Under the pieces are notes generated by a model. That model saw only the letters and a list, made by a program, of their open reading frames with translations, had not been told where the DNA came from and did not search any database. A DNA stretch of 64,000 bases, taken from an uncultured Candidatus Saccharibacteria bacterium. Its GTDB lineage: Bacteria; Patescibacteriota; JABMPQ01; JAQVVF01. Below, piece after piece: positions 17,232 through 27,743 of this stretch. The DNA lies in the NCBI GenBank assembly GCA_964574655.1, contig CAZNOH010000001.1:400247-464246 (forward strand), in the 5' to 3' direction. A program made the position numbers and the translations under genes. Position 1 is the first letter of the stretch. Each line of letters begins with the position of its first letter.

Positions 17232-18170
17232 ATGCAAAAAGTTTTAGTTTGTGGATCTTTGGCTTTTGATTATATTATGAATTTTAATGACAAATTTAAA
17301 AACCATATTTTGCCAGATAAAATTCATGTTTTGAACGTTTGTTTTGGGGCAGAAAAATTATCAAAGGAATTTGGTGGAACTGCTGGCAATATTGCTTATA
17401 ATTTAAGATTGTTGGGCATTGATCCAATTATATTTGCTTCAGTAGGAAAAGATTTTGTAGATTATAAATCATGGTTAGCAAAGAATAAGATAAAGACGAA
17501 TTATATTAATTATACAAAAGAATATACAGCTTCTTGCCATATTATTACTGATTTGGATGATAATCAGATCACTTTTTTTCATGGAGGAGCAATGTTGCAC
17601 AATCATTTGTCTTTAAAAAAGATTATTAAAAAAGAAAAGATTAAATTAGCGATTTGTGCGCCTGATTGTCATAAAGGCATGTTATTGCACACAAAAGAAT
17701 TGCAGGATATGAAGATTCCTTACATTTTTGACCCAGGACAAGGAATTGGCGGGTATTCTGGATCTGAATTAATTAGAATGGCAAAAGGCTCGTTATGTAC
17801 AATTTTGAATGATTATGAATTCAGTGTTTTCCAAGAAAAGACAAAGCTAATAAAACAGGAAATCTTAGAGTTAACTAAATATTTAATAATCACATTAGGA
17901 CCTAAAGGTTCAGAAATCTATTTTGGTGGTAAGGTTTATAAAATTTTATGCGCTAAACCGAAGAAGATCCTGGATCCAACTGGAGCGGGGGACGCATATC
18001 GGGCTGGATTAATATTTGGCTTGTTAAATAATTTTAAAGTTGATAAAATTGGTAAAATAGGAGCGTGTGTATCGGCATATACTGTTGAAAAATATGGTAC
18101 ACAGACACACAAATTTGATTTAATTAATTTTAAGACAAGATTTAATAAAAATTTTAAAGAAAAAATATGA
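17232..18170 (+). CDS. PfkB-family carbohydrate/nucleoside kinase, probably adenosine kinase given its coupling to ahcY
   Basis: DPTGAGDAYRAG PfkB signature. 4-nt overlap with ahcY. Confidence 0.7.
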   Translation: MQKVLVCGSLAFDYIMNFNDKFKNHILPDKIHVLNVCFGAEKLSKEFGGTAGNIAYNLRLLGIDPIIFASVGKDFVDYKSWLAKNKIKTNYINYTKEYTASCHIITDLDDNQITFFHGGAMLHNHLSLKKIIKKEKIKLAICAPDCHKGMLLHTKELQDMKIPYIFDPGQGIGGYSGSELIRMAKGSLCTILNDYEFSVFQEKTKLIKQEILELTKYLIITLGPKGSEIYFGGKVYKILCAKPKKILDPTGAGDAYRAGLIFGLLNNFKVDKIGKIGACVSAYTVEKYGTQTHKFDLINFKTRFNKNFKEKI

Positions 18171-19423
18171 AATCTGATGTAAAAGATTTGGAACTAGCAA
18201 AAAATGGCAAGAGAAGAATAGAATGGGCAGAATCTCAAATGCCTGTTTTGAATTTGATTAAAGAAAGATTCAAAAGAGAAAAACCTTTTTCTGGAAAGAA
18301 AATTGGAGCATGCTTGCATGTAACTTGTGAAACTGCAAATTTAATGAGAGCCTTGAAAGCTGGTGGGGCAGAAATAGTATTATGTGCATCTAATCCACTA
18401 TCTACTCAAGATGATGTTGTAGCTAGTTTGGCAAAAGATTATGGAATTAATACTTTTGCAATTAAAGGTGAAGATAAAAAAACTTATTATAAACATTTGA
18501 ATGCTGTTTTGGATTTTAAGCCAGCTATTACTTTGGATGATGGAGCTGATTTGATTTCATTGCTGCATTCAAAGAGAAAAAACCAAATTAAAGATGTATT
18601 AGGAAGCATGGAAGAAACAACTACTGGCGTTATTAGATTGAGAGCAATGGAAAAAGATAAGGCTTTAATGATTCCTATTATTGCGGTTAATGATGCTTTG
18701 ACTAAGCATTTATTTGATAATAGATATGGAACAGGTCAAAGTACAATAGATGGAATCATCAGAGCAACTGGAGTTCTTTTTGCTGGGCAAACTGTTGTTG
18801 TAGTTGGTTATGGTTGGTGTGGAAGGGGATTTGCATCAAGATGCAAGGGGTTGGGAGCTAATGTGATTGTTTGCGAAGTTGATCCGATCAAAGCAATTGA
18901 AGCGAGCATGGATGGATTCATGGTAATGCCAATGCAAAAAGCTGCAAGTTTGGGAGATGTCTTTTGTACATTAACGGGAGATATAAATGTAATAAATTCG
19001 AACCATTTTAGGAAAATGAAAGACAATGCTATCGTATGCAATTCTGGACATTTTAATGCAGAGATTGATATTGATGGATTGAAAAAGATTTCTAAGAGCG
19101 TTAAATCAGTGAACACATTTGTTGAACAGTACATTTTAGAAAATGGAAACAAGATTAATTTATTAGCAGAAGGTAGATTGATTAATTTGTCTGCTGCCGA
19201 AGGTCATCCAGCAAGTGTCATGGATATGTCTTTTGCTAATCAAGCGCTCTGCGTTGAATATGTTGTTGAAAATTATAAATATTTAAGTCCGAAAGTTTAT
19301 TCAGTGCCAAAAGAGATTGATGAAAAGGTAGCTAAATTAAAGCTTGATTCAATGGGTATTAAGATTGATAAGTTATCTTCAGAACAAAAGAAGTATTTGA
19401 ATTCTTGGGAGATGGGAACATAA
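18167..19423 (+). CDS. ahcY: S-adenosyl-L-homocysteine hydrolase
   Basis: 418 aa. NAD-binding GYGWCGRG. Conserved AhcY blocks throughout. Confidence 0.9.
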   Translation: MKSDVKDLELAKNGKRRIEWAESQMPVLNLIKERFKREKPFSGKKIGACLHVTCETANLMRALKAGGAEIVLCASNPLSTQDDVVASLAKDYGINTFAIKGEDKKTYYKHLNAVLDFKPAITLDDGADLISLLHSKRKNQIKDVLGSMEETTTGVIRLRAMEKDKALMIPIIAVNDALTKHLFDNRYGTGQSTIDGIIRATGVLFAGQTVVVVGYGWCGRGFASRCKGLGANVIVCEVDPIKAIEASMDGFMVMPMQKAASLGDVFCTLTGDINVINSNHFRKMKDNAIVCNSGHFNAEIDIDGLKKISKSVKSVNTFVEQYILENGNKINLLAEGRLINLSAAEGHPASVMDMSFANQALCVEYVVENYKYLSPKVYSVPKEIDEKVAKLKLDSMGIKIDKLSSEQKKYLNSWEMGT

Positions 19424-19534
19424 AACTACAGATTTTACACAGATTTTTTACAGATTATTACAAATAACACAGATGAGATATCTGTGTTATTTGTGTAGAA
19501 TTTGTATTTAATTTGTGTAAAATTTGTAGTTTTC

Positions 19535-20344
19535 TTATTCAATTGGGTAGTCTTTGTTTTGCCATTCTGGATAGCCATTGATGAGGTTTATTGCTTGGGT
19601 AAACCCTTTTTTAGTTAGGCTTTCAACTATAAGTTTACTTCTGTTGCCAGTTTTATCATAAACAATCAATTCTTTATTTCTGGGCAATTCTTTTATTCTG
19701 TTAGCCACTTCTTCAAGAGGAATATTAATTGAATTTTTGATGTGTGTTTTGTCATAATCTTCTTTGTCGCGAATATCTAGGATAGCGATATCTTCTTTGT
19801 TATCAATTTTTTGTTTTAGTTGATCTATATCAATGCTTTTATAGATAGCTTCAAATCCAGAGATTATTGGATAATTTTGTTCTTCCCAGCCAGCTATGCC
19901 ATCTTTAAAGTCTTTAACATTTTTTAATCCTTTTGATGATAGCAATTCTGCGGCTTTTGTGGAAGTCTGGCAGGAGCTATTGTTGGTGCAAGTTGTAATT
20001 ATTTCTTTGTTATTAGGAATTTCTTTTATTCTTGCTTCTATTTGTTCGTATGGAATATTCATTGAGCTAGGAATATGCTTGGTCAAATAGTATTCTTCGC
20101 CTTGAACATCAAGTATGTAGATATTCTCTTGATTGTCTATCTTTTCTTTTAATTCTGATGCTGTTATAACAGGTATCGTTGATTTTGTGCTAGATTCATT
20201 TGCGGTTTGATTATTTTTTGAAGGCTTCATGTTTATTTTCCATTGCGGTTTGATAAAAATAGCTGCTATACCGCCAACGACAATTATGACAGCAAAAATA
20301 AGCATAAGTGTTTCTTTTTTGCTTGTTTTGTTTGTTTCAGACAT
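19535..20344 (-). CDS. Membrane-anchored tandem rhodanese-domain protein
   Basis: N-terminal TM. Two rhodanese-like repeats (YILDVQGEEYY..., ILDIRDKEDY...). Confidence 0.55.
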   Translation of the reverse strand: MSETNKTSKKETLMLIFAVIIVVGGIAAIFIKPQWKINMKPSKNNQTANESSTKSTIPVITASELKEKIDNQENIYILDVQGEEYYLTKHIPSSMNIPYEQIEARIKEIPNNKEIITTCTNNSSCQTSTKAAELLSSKGLKNVKDFKDGIAGWEEQNYPIISGFEAIYKSIDIDQLKQKIDNKEDIAILDIRDKEDYDKTHIKNSINIPLEEVANRIKELPRNKELIVYDKTGNRSKLIVESLTKKGFTQAINLINGYPEWQNKDYPIE

Positions 20345-21276
20345 TATTTTGCTATTTTATTTATAATGTTCTTGTTTCCGAGTAAATAATCTGATGTTGA
20401 AATTTCTTTTTTCCCTTCTGGTTGCCATTTTTCTATAATAAGAGAGCTTTTTGTGCAGGCAATTGCAATTTTATTCTCGTAAATAAATATTGAGCCATGC
20501 TTTTTTTTAGAATCATGGTCAACTGCTTGTGCCTTAGTTATTTTGAAGCGTTTTTGATCTATAAAGGTGTAGGCAGATGGCCAAGGAGTAAAAGCATTGA
20601 TTTGTTGTAGAATATCTTGGGCACTTTGTTGCCAATTAATTTTTCCGTCTTCTTTTTTAATAATTTTTGTGTAAGTGGCTAGTCTGTCATCTTGTGGTTT
20701 TGAAGCAATTTTTTTATTGATATAATCTGGTAATATTTTTAGGAGAGATTCTGCTCCAATTTTTGATAAACGATTATGTAAAGTTTCTGATGTATCATTA
20801 TTATATATTTTTTCAGTTGTTTGCGCAATTATGTCACCTTCATCCATTTTTTCATTCATAACTATAATTGTAATACCAGTTTTTTCTTCACCATTTAGTA
20901 TTGTTGTTTGAATCGGAGATGCACCTCGATATTTAGGCAATAGAGAAGCATGAATATTAATGCAGCCATATTTTGGTAAATCTAAAATTTCTTTTGGAAT
21001 TATTTTTCCGTAAGCGGTAACAACTATTAGGTCAGGATTTGATTGTTTGATTTGTCGTATAAATGCTTGATCTTTAATTTTATTTGGTTGAAGAATCGGA
21101 ACGTGGTTGCTTTGAGCAATTTTTTTTACAGGTGAAAAAATTACTTGTTGCTTTCGGCCGACTTTTTTATCTGGCTGAGTTATAACTGAAATAACTTGAG
21201 TATTCTTGATTAATAGCTCTAATGTCGGAACTGAAAAATCGGGTGTCCCAAAAAAAATTGTTTTTATTTTTAACAT
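20344..21276 (-). CDS. fmt: Methionyl-tRNA formyltransferase
   Basis: Formyl-transferase N-domain (IIFFGTPDFSVP...). Operon with def. Confidence 0.85.
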   Translation of the reverse strand: MLKIKTIFFGTPDFSVPTLELLIKNTQVISVITQPDKKVGRKQQVIFSPVKKIAQSNHVPILQPNKIKDQAFIRQIKQSNPDLIVVTAYGKIIPKEILDLPKYGCINIHASLLPKYRGASPIQTTILNGEEKTGITIIVMNEKMDEGDIIAQTTEKIYNNDTSETLHNRLSKIGAESLLKILPDYINKKIASKPQDDRLATYTKIIKKEDGKINWQQSAQDILQQINAFTPWPSAYTFIDQKRFKITKAQAVDHDSKKKHGSIFIYENKIAIACTKSSLIIEKWQPEGKKEISTSDYLLGNKNIINKIAK

Positions 21277-21708
21277 TTATTTTATAATTTTATCAATAAA
21301 AAGTATGCCTAGTAGATGATCAATTTCATGCTGGAGGACGCGAGCATAGAGTCCTGTTGCAGTTAATTTTTGTTTTAGGCCTTTTTCATTTTGAAATTTT
21401 ACAGTAATTTTGTATGATCTTTTTACTTTGCCAAAAATTTTTGGTAGCGATAAGCATCCTTCTTCGGCGATTTCTTTTTTGAAGGATTTTGAAGTTATCT
21501 TGGGATTAATAAAAATTTTAGAACCGTCTTTGGTTTGAATAGCAATAAGCTTAATAGATCTTCCAACTTGGGGTGCAGCTAAGCCTATTCCGTCATTTTC
21601 TTTCATAGTTTTTATGAATTCCGGAATAAAATTCTTAATTGCAGAAAAATCCTCAATTTCTTGAGCTTTTTTTCTTAGTATTTTGTTTGGATAGGTGATG
21701 ATTTTCAT
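21277..21708 (-). CDS. def: Peptide deformylase
   Basis: GIGLAAPQVG, EGCLSLP and QHEIDHL motifs. Confidence 0.85.
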   Translation of the reverse strand: MKIITYPNKILRKKAQEIEDFSAIKNFIPEFIKTMKENDGIGLAAPQVGRSIKLIAIQTKDGSKIFINPKITSKSFKKEIAEEGCLSLPKIFGKVKRSYKITVKFQNEKGLKQKLTATGLYARVLQHEIDHLLGILFIDKIIK

Positions 21709-21710
21709 AA

Positions 21711-23702
21711 TTAGAGTAGACTTTCCGGATCAATATCAATGATCCAGTCATTAGGAATTTGTCTTAAAATATTTTCTTTAAATTTTGAATCTTTTAACTT
21801 GATAATTATTTGCCAAATATATCGGCCTTGTATTTTTGTGAAAAATGATGGAGCGGGACCGAGCAAAGTTGTACGTTGTAAGTTGTTCGTCTTCGTTGAA
21901 ACTTCGGCGGATAAATAAGTTGTAAGCTTCGTGAATAATTTCTGTGCTTCGTATTGAGCTTTGTCTGGGTCAGAATTCTTGTAGATTAACTTAATTATTT
22001 TGACAAATGGGGGATAATCAAGCTCTTGGCGAGTTTTAATTTCATTTTTGTAAAAACTTACAAAATCATGCTTAGCTGCTGTTTTGATAACAAAGCTTTC
22101 TGGATTATAGGTTTGAAAAATTACTTTGCCTGGATTTTTGCCACGGCCAGTTCTTCCAGCAATTTGTGTTAGGAGTTGGAATGTTCTTTCTTGTGCCTTG
22201 TAGTCTGGAAGATTAAGGCCAACATCTGACGAAATGACACCAACTAAATCAACTCCTTCTAAATCCCAGCCCTTAGCAATCATTTGAGTGCCAATCAGTA
22301 TATTGGCTTTTTTTAGCCTAAAATCGTTATATATTTGCGCATGGGAGTGTTTGGTACGAGTCGTATCCGAATCCATCCTGAATATTCTAACATATTTGTA
22401 CATTTTTTGCAACTCCTGTTCTACTTTTTCTGTACCAGTGCCAAAATATTTTATAGCCGAGCTTTTACATTTGGGACATGAAATTGGGGTTGGCGTAGTG
22501 TAGCCACAATAGTGGCAACTCAAATTCTGTTTATATAGATGAAAAGTGAGTGGGACGTCACAATTTTTGCAGGTGGCAATATATCCGCAATCTCGGCAAT
22601 TAACAAAAGTGGCTACTCCTCGTCGATTAATATAGAGTAATGCTTGGCGATTGTTTTTAATGATAATTTCAAGCTCTTTTTGTAGGTTCTCTGAAAAAAT
22701 AGAAAAGTTCTTTTTTTTGAATTCTTCTCTCATGTCTACAATTTCTACTTTTGGCATTACAGAATTGGCAGTAAATCTTGTTGGTAAATTCAGTAGTGTA
22801 TAAATATTTTGTTCAGATAGATAATATGATTCGATGCTGGGAGTTGCTGATCCAAGGACTATTTTTGCGTTGTAGAGGCTAGCTAATTTTATTGCTGCCT
22901 GTCTTGCGTGATAGCGAGGATTTTGATCATATTGCTTGTAGGAAGAATCATGCTCTTCATCAATAATAATTATTCCGAGTTTTTGTATTGGTGCAAAGAT
23001 TGCTGATCTTGGACCGATAATTATTTTTGCTTTATTTGATTTGATTTTTTTCCATTGAGTAAACTTTTCGCCAGAAGATAATTTAGAATGTAGAATTGCA
23101 ATTTGGTCTTTACTAAAATGTTGAGAGAAGCGATTAATTGTTTGAGGCGTTAAAGATATTTCAGGAACCAAAACTATTGATTGCTTATCTAGTTTTATTT
23201 GTTGTTCGATTAGTTTTAAATAAATTTCTGTTTTGCCAGAGCCTGTTACTCCATGAATTAGGAAAACTCTAAAGTCTTTTGTTGAATTTATTTTTTCGTA
23301 TATTTTTTGTTGTTGTTCTGTTAGATCTGGATAGGGAATAGTTGTTGATGTCACACTTTTATCTTTCGTTCTTTGGTTGACTAATTGAGGCAGCATTAAT
23401 TTTATCACAGAGGCAACAGAAGTATGATAATATTCTGAGATCCATTTTGCTAATTCTATTTGTTTTTCTGTCAGACTAAGATTTTCTACTTGTCTAATAA
23501 TACCTTTTGGTTTGAAATCAAGCTCATGAATACTTTTATTGTTCAGCGAGTAAACTATGCCTTTTATATTTTTTCCACGAAAAGGAATTTCAACAACTTG
23601 GCCTAAAGATATATTTTCTTTTGATAAATAAGAAAAAACCTGATTTTTGTCAGGAGGTAATTTAATGGATGGAATAATATTAAATAACCAATTAGCTGGC
23701 AT
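21711..23702 (-). CDS. priA: Primosomal protein N' (replication restart helicase)
   Basis: Walker A GVTGSGKTE. DEEH box. CxxC...CxxC zinc-binding insertion. Confidence 0.85.
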   Translation of the reverse strand: MPANWLFNIIPSIKLPPDKNQVFSYLSKENISLGQVVEIPFRGKNIKGIVYSLNNKSIHELDFKPKGIIRQVENLSLTEKQIELAKWISEYYHTSVASVIKLMLPQLVNQRTKDKSVTSTTIPYPDLTEQQQKIYEKINSTKDFRVFLIHGVTGSGKTEIYLKLIEQQIKLDKQSIVLVPEISLTPQTINRFSQHFSKDQIAILHSKLSSGEKFTQWKKIKSNKAKIIIGPRSAIFAPIQKLGIIIIDEEHDSSYKQYDQNPRYHARQAAIKLASLYNAKIVLGSATPSIESYYLSEQNIYTLLNLPTRFTANSVMPKVEIVDMREEFKKKNFSIFSENLQKELEIIIKNNRQALLYINRRGVATFVNCRDCGYIATCKNCDVPLTFHLYKQNLSCHYCGYTTPTPISCPKCKSSAIKYFGTGTEKVEQELQKMYKYVRIFRMDSDTTRTKHSHAQIYNDFRLKKANILIGTQMIAKGWDLEGVDLVGVISSDVGLNLPDYKAQERTFQLLTQIAGRTGRGKNPGKVIFQTYNPESFVIKTAAKHDFVSFYKNEIKTRQELDYPPFVKIIKLIYKNSDPDKAQYEAQKLFTKLTTYLSAEVSTKTNNLQRTTLLGPAPSFFTKIQGRYIWQIIIKLKDSKFKENILRQIPNDWIIDIDPESLL

Positions 23703-24754
23703 TATTTTGTAAAGTAATTAATGACTTTCATTCTTCTGTTTTTACTTCTAAGATAATACGGGAGAATCCTATATAAAAGAGATATTATAGGTTTTATTCT
23801 ATAAAGGCTGATAAATTTTTCGCAGAATTTTTTTTGTTCTAAAAGTTTCTTAAATCTTTCGCTATGTTTATAATTTGGATTAATAATTTTTTTTGCAGCT
23901 TCCTGTCCTGATAGTAGCGCGTTGTAGATTCCTTCTCCTGTCAATCCATTTGTAAAACCGCCTGCTTCACCGACTAAAAAGAAATTATTAAATTGCATGC
24001 CTTTAAAATCATAGTTAATTGGAAATGATTCAATATCTTTTTCTGATATGTTGTATTTTTTTAACCATTGTAAAAAATTGTTTCTTAATTTTGGAATTGA
24101 AAAATATCTTTGGTCGGTTGCAGTGCCGAAACGAGTGTGATCTTTGTGTGGAAAGATCCAGGCATAGTGTGGTCCAAAAAGTTTGGTGTCAATTATGATT
24201 TCAAAGTCATTGAACAATTTGGTTGTTCGGACTTGCATTGTTATTGCTAGTTTGTCTGTTGAGATTTTTAGGGATTTTCGAACCAATGAATTTGCTCCAT
24301 CAGCGCCGATTAAATATTTAAATTGATAGCAATCTTTTATTGTATTGAGAGTATTTTTTTCTATAGAGGTGACTTGTGAGTCTGTAATTATGCTTGCACC
24401 AGCTTTTCTAGCTTTTTCTGCTAAGTATGTCCCAAGTTTTTCACGTTCGATCGTATATAAATAAGGTTCATCTTGGCTTAAGTTTATAACTTTATTGTAA
24501 ATAGTTATTTTTGCAGAATTAAAACTCTTGTCACAAATTGATATTGGAATGTTAAAGTAATTAATATCTTTTTGTGTTAATCCTCCAGCACAGACTTTTT
24601 TTCCAAATTCAGTATTTTTTTCTAAAACTAAAACTTTTCTATTCTGTTCGGCAAGTGTTTTAGCTGCTGATAATCCTGATGGCCCTGCACCAACAATGAT
24701 AGTTTCGAAATATTGCATTTGTTTTAAGTTTAGCATTTTTTTGTAATTCATCAA
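23702..24754 (-). CDS. FAD-dependent oxidoreductase, geranylgeranyl-reductase family
   Basis: IIVGAGPSGLSAA Rossmann motif. The true start is probably the internal MQYFET. Confidence 0.6.
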   Translation of the reverse strand: MMNYKKMLNLKQMQYFETIIVGAGPSGLSAAKTLAEQNRKVLVLEKNTEFGKKVCAGGLTQKDINYFNIPISICDKSFNSAKITIYNKVINLSQDEPYLYTIEREKLGTYLAEKARKAGASIITDSQVTSIEKNTLNTIKDCYQFKYLIGADGANSLVRKSLKISTDKLAITMQVRTTKLFNDFEIIIDTKLFGPHYAWIFPHKDHTRFGTATDQRYFSIPKLRNNFLQWLKKYNISEKDIESFPINYDFKGMQFNNFFLVGEAGGFTNGLTGEGIYNALLSGQEAAKKIINPNYKHSERFKKLLEQKKFCEKFISLYRIKPIISLLYRILPYYLRSKNRRMKVINYFTK

Positions 24755-24768
24755 ATATTTGATATACT

Positions 24769-25329
24769 ATGTATATGAAAAAGAAGCGTATATTTATTTC
24801 ATTGAATGTTTCCGAGAGTATAAAAAATAAAGTCGTTGTATTACAAAAATACTTTGTTGGCTTTAAGGGTGTGAAATGGGAACCGAGAAAAAAATTGCAT
24901 GTTACTCTTCATTTTTTAGGTTATCTAGATGATGATGAAATTGAAAAAGTTAAAAATGTTTTGTCAAAGATCAGGTTTGAAAGCTTCAAAGCAAAATTAG
25001 CTGATTATGATTTTTTTCCTAGCAAGAAGCAGACCAGAGTAGTTGTATTTGATATTTATAGTGAAAATAAAATTGAAAGTTTGCAAAAAATGGTTGGTGA
25101 CAAATTATGCAAGTATAATTTTTTTAAACCGGAAAAAAGAAAATACAAAGCGCATCTGACTTTTGGCAGAGTAAAAAATATTTCGCAAAAGGAAATTAGA
25201 TTGATTGAAAATGAAAAAATAATTGGAGGTTGGCGAGTGGATGAAATTGATTTGATGAAAAGTGTTCTAAGAGGAAAGCTAGGATCTAATTATGAAGTAT
25301 TGAATAAATTTGTTTTGACGGAATGCTAA
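24769..25329 (+). CDS. thpR: 2'-5' RNA ligase / 2H phosphoesterase (LigT/ThpR)
   Basis: Two HxT/S motifs: HVTLHFLG and HLTFGR. Confidence 0.7.
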   Translation: MYMKKKRIFISLNVSESIKNKVVVLQKYFVGFKGVKWEPRKKLHVTLHFLGYLDDDEIEKVKNVLSKIRFESFKAKLADYDFFPSKKQTRVVVFDIYSENKIESLQKMVGDKLCKYNFFKPEKRKYKAHLTFGRVKNISQKEIRLIENEKIIGGWRVDEIDLMKSVLRGKLGSNYEVLNKFVLTEC

Positions 25330-25357
25330 AGCATTCCGAACCCCAGCTAAAGCTGGG
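25319..25357. repeat. Two adjacent hairpins with an identical GCTAAAGC centre (cggaatGCTAAAGCattccg, cccaGCTAAAGCtggg). The ligT stop codon TAA sits in the first loop.
   Basis: Read directly. A third member, tcgGCTAAAGCcga, lies at about 50928-50943. Confidence 0.55.
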
Positions 25358-25375
25358 TAGAGAAAAATTAAAATT

Positions 25376-26224
25376 ATGGAAAAAGTAGATATCTTAGGAG
25401 TAAAAATAAGTAAACTGACTACTGATCAAGTTTTAGATGAGATTAATCATTTTTTAATTAGTGATGAAAAAAAATACATTTCAACTGTGAATCCTGAATT
25501 TGTTATGGCAGCTTTGAAGGACAGTGATTTTAAGCAAATATTGAATAATTCTAATCTAGCGATACCAGATGGTATCGGAATGCTTTGGGTGGCTAAATAT
25601 TTGAGTTGGCAGTCACGTATGAAAAATAGATTTTTGCTAATGATAAATGAAAGCTACAAAATAGTTGTTAGTGGTCTTAGTTTAATTTTTTATCCTAAAT
25701 TTTGTAGAAGTGTTTTGTCAGAGAGAATAAGTGGCGTTGATATGCTTTGGGAGATTGCAAAAATATGTGAACAAAAGAATTGTTCAGTGTTTTTCTTGGG
25801 AGGTTTTGATAAAGTAGATGAGATTACGGCTAAAAAAATTAAAGCTGTCTATTCGAATTTAGAAGTTGCTGGAGTTTATGAAGGATCATATAAAGAAGGC
25901 GATGATTATGTTATTCAAGGATTGGTTAACAAATCTAATGCAGATGTTATTTTTGTAGCTTTTGGACAAGTTAAACAGGAAAAATGGATTGTTCGAAACT
26001 TGCCAAATTTATCAAATATTAAATTGGCAATTGGTGTTGGCGGGTCATTTGATTTTATTGCTGGTAAAGTAAAAAGAGCCCCTAGATTTTTTCAGAAAAT
26101 TGGTTTAGAATGGTTGTGGCGGGTATTATTACAGCCGAGTCGCTTAGGCAGAATATTCACCGCAACTTTTAGATTTGTTAGAGCAGTTTATAAATATAAG
26201 ATGAATAATTATGGTCAGAACTAG
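25376..26224 (+). CDS. WecB/TagA/CpsF-family glycosyltransferase (GT26)
   Basis: ILGVKISKLTTDQVLDEI... family signature. Confidence 0.7.
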   Translation: MEKVDILGVKISKLTTDQVLDEINHFLISDEKKYISTVNPEFVMAALKDSDFKQILNNSNLAIPDGIGMLWVAKYLSWQSRMKNRFLLMINESYKIVVSGLSLIFYPKFCRSVLSERISGVDMLWEIAKICEQKNCSVFFLGGFDKVDEITAKKIKAVYSNLEVAGVYEGSYKEGDDYVIQGLVNKSNADVIFVAFGQVKQEKWIVRNLPNLSNIKLAIGVGGSFDFIAGKVKRAPRFFQKIGLEWLWRVLLQPSRLGRIFTATFRFVRAVYKYKMNNYGQN

Positions 26225-27716
26225 ATTTGCGCCATCTCCAACTGGATATATGCATATTGGAAATTTCAGAACAGCATTGTATGCCTATCTTTTTGCTAAG
26301 CAAAATAATGGAAAATTTATTTTAAGGATTGAAGATACAGACAAGAAAAGATACATACAAGATTCTTTAGAAAAATTAGTAAATGTTCTGGATTGGTCTG
26401 GTTTGATATATGAAGAGGGTGTTTTTATTGAAAATGGCCCCAGCCATGAAGGCGGGATAAAAAAAGTAATTCAAAAAGGAGACAAGGGTCCATATATTCA
26501 ATCAGAACGTTTAGATATTTACAAAAAATATGTAATGGAACTTGTTGAAAAAGAAAAAGCTTATTATTGTTTTTGTACCGAAGAGAGACTGGAAGAGATG
26601 AGAAAAACGCAAATTGAAAGTGGAAGAGCACCAATGTATGATCGAAAATGTTTAGATTTGTCTAAGGACGAATTAGAAAAGAAAATTGCAAATAAAGAAG
26701 AATATGTAATCAGACAAAAAATTGATACTGCTGGTTTTACTGAATATGAAGATGTGATTCGAGGCAAGATAACAATTAAAAATGATATGCTAGATGATCA
26801 GATATTATTAAAATCTGATGGCTATCCAACTTATAATTTTGCAAATGTCGTTGATGATCACTTGATGGAAATCACTCATGTGATTCGTGGAGAAGAATAT
26901 ATTTCAAGTACTCCCAAGTATATTCAGCTTTATAACAATTTTGGTTGGGATGTGCCTAAATTTGCACATTTGCCATTACTTTTGAATCTTGATAGGACAA
27001 AATTATCAAAAAGACAAGGAGATGTTTCTGTTGAAGATTATATTAAAAAAGGTTATTTGAAGGAAGCAATAATAAATTTTGTGGCATTTTTAGGTTGGAA
27101 TCCGGGACAGGGGAGTGAAGAAGAATTTTTTAATTTAGACCAATTAGTACAGAAATTTGATTTAAAGAAAGTTCATAAATCCGGTGCGATATTTGATTTA
27201 AAGAAATTAGATTGGATTAATAGTCATTACATTAAAAATTTATCTATTGATGAATTATATAAGTTAGCTTTTCCATATTTTGAACAAAAAGATTTTTATA
27301 AAAATGCAAAAGCAGAACAAAAAACTGAAGAATATTTGAAGAAAGTATTAAATATAGAAAAAGAAAGATTGAATAATTTATCAGAGGTTGGTGAAAATAA
27401 TAAATTCTTTTTTTCTGAAATTAAATATGAAAAAGAATTATTGTTTTGGAAAAAAATGACTGATGAGGAATTAAAGACATCATTAAGTATGTCAAAAGAA
27501 GCATTAAGCAATATTTCAGACCAAGATTGGACAAAAGATAATATTGAAAAGATTTTACTTGAAATTGCAAAAGATAAGAGGGGAGAGCTTTTGTGGCCTT
27601 TGAGGGCTTGTTTGACAGGTGAAAAAAAGTCTCCATCGCCTTTTGAAGTTGCCTATGTCTTAGGGAAACAAGAAGTTTTGAAACGGCTTGATCAAGCTTT
27701 GAATTTGTTAAAATAA
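26211..27716 (+). CDS. gltX: Glutamyl-tRNA synthetase
   Basis: HIGNFRTALYAY (HIGH) and KLSKR (KMSKS) motifs. Confidence 0.9.
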   Translation: MVRTRFAPSPTGYMHIGNFRTALYAYLFAKQNNGKFILRIEDTDKKRYIQDSLEKLVNVLDWSGLIYEEGVFIENGPSHEGGIKKVIQKGDKGPYIQSERLDIYKKYVMELVEKEKAYYCFCTEERLEEMRKTQIESGRAPMYDRKCLDLSKDELEKKIANKEEYVIRQKIDTAGFTEYEDVIRGKITIKNDMLDDQILLKSDGYPTYNFANVVDDHLMEITHVIRGEEYISSTPKYIQLYNNFGWDVPKFAHLPLLLNLDRTKLSKRQGDVSVEDYIKKGYLKEAIINFVAFLGWNPGQGSEEEFFNLDQLVQKFDLKKVHKSGAIFDLKKLDWINSHYIKNLSIDELYKLAFPYFEQKDFYKNAKAEQKTEEYLKKVLNIEKERLNNLSEVGENNKFFFSEIKYEKELLFWKKMTDEELKTSLSMSKEALSNISDQDWTKDNIEKILLEIAKDKRGELLWPLRACLTGEKKSPSPFEVAYVLGKQEVLKRLDQALNLLK

Positions 27717-27743
27717 TATAGAATTTAAAAATAAAATAAAATT

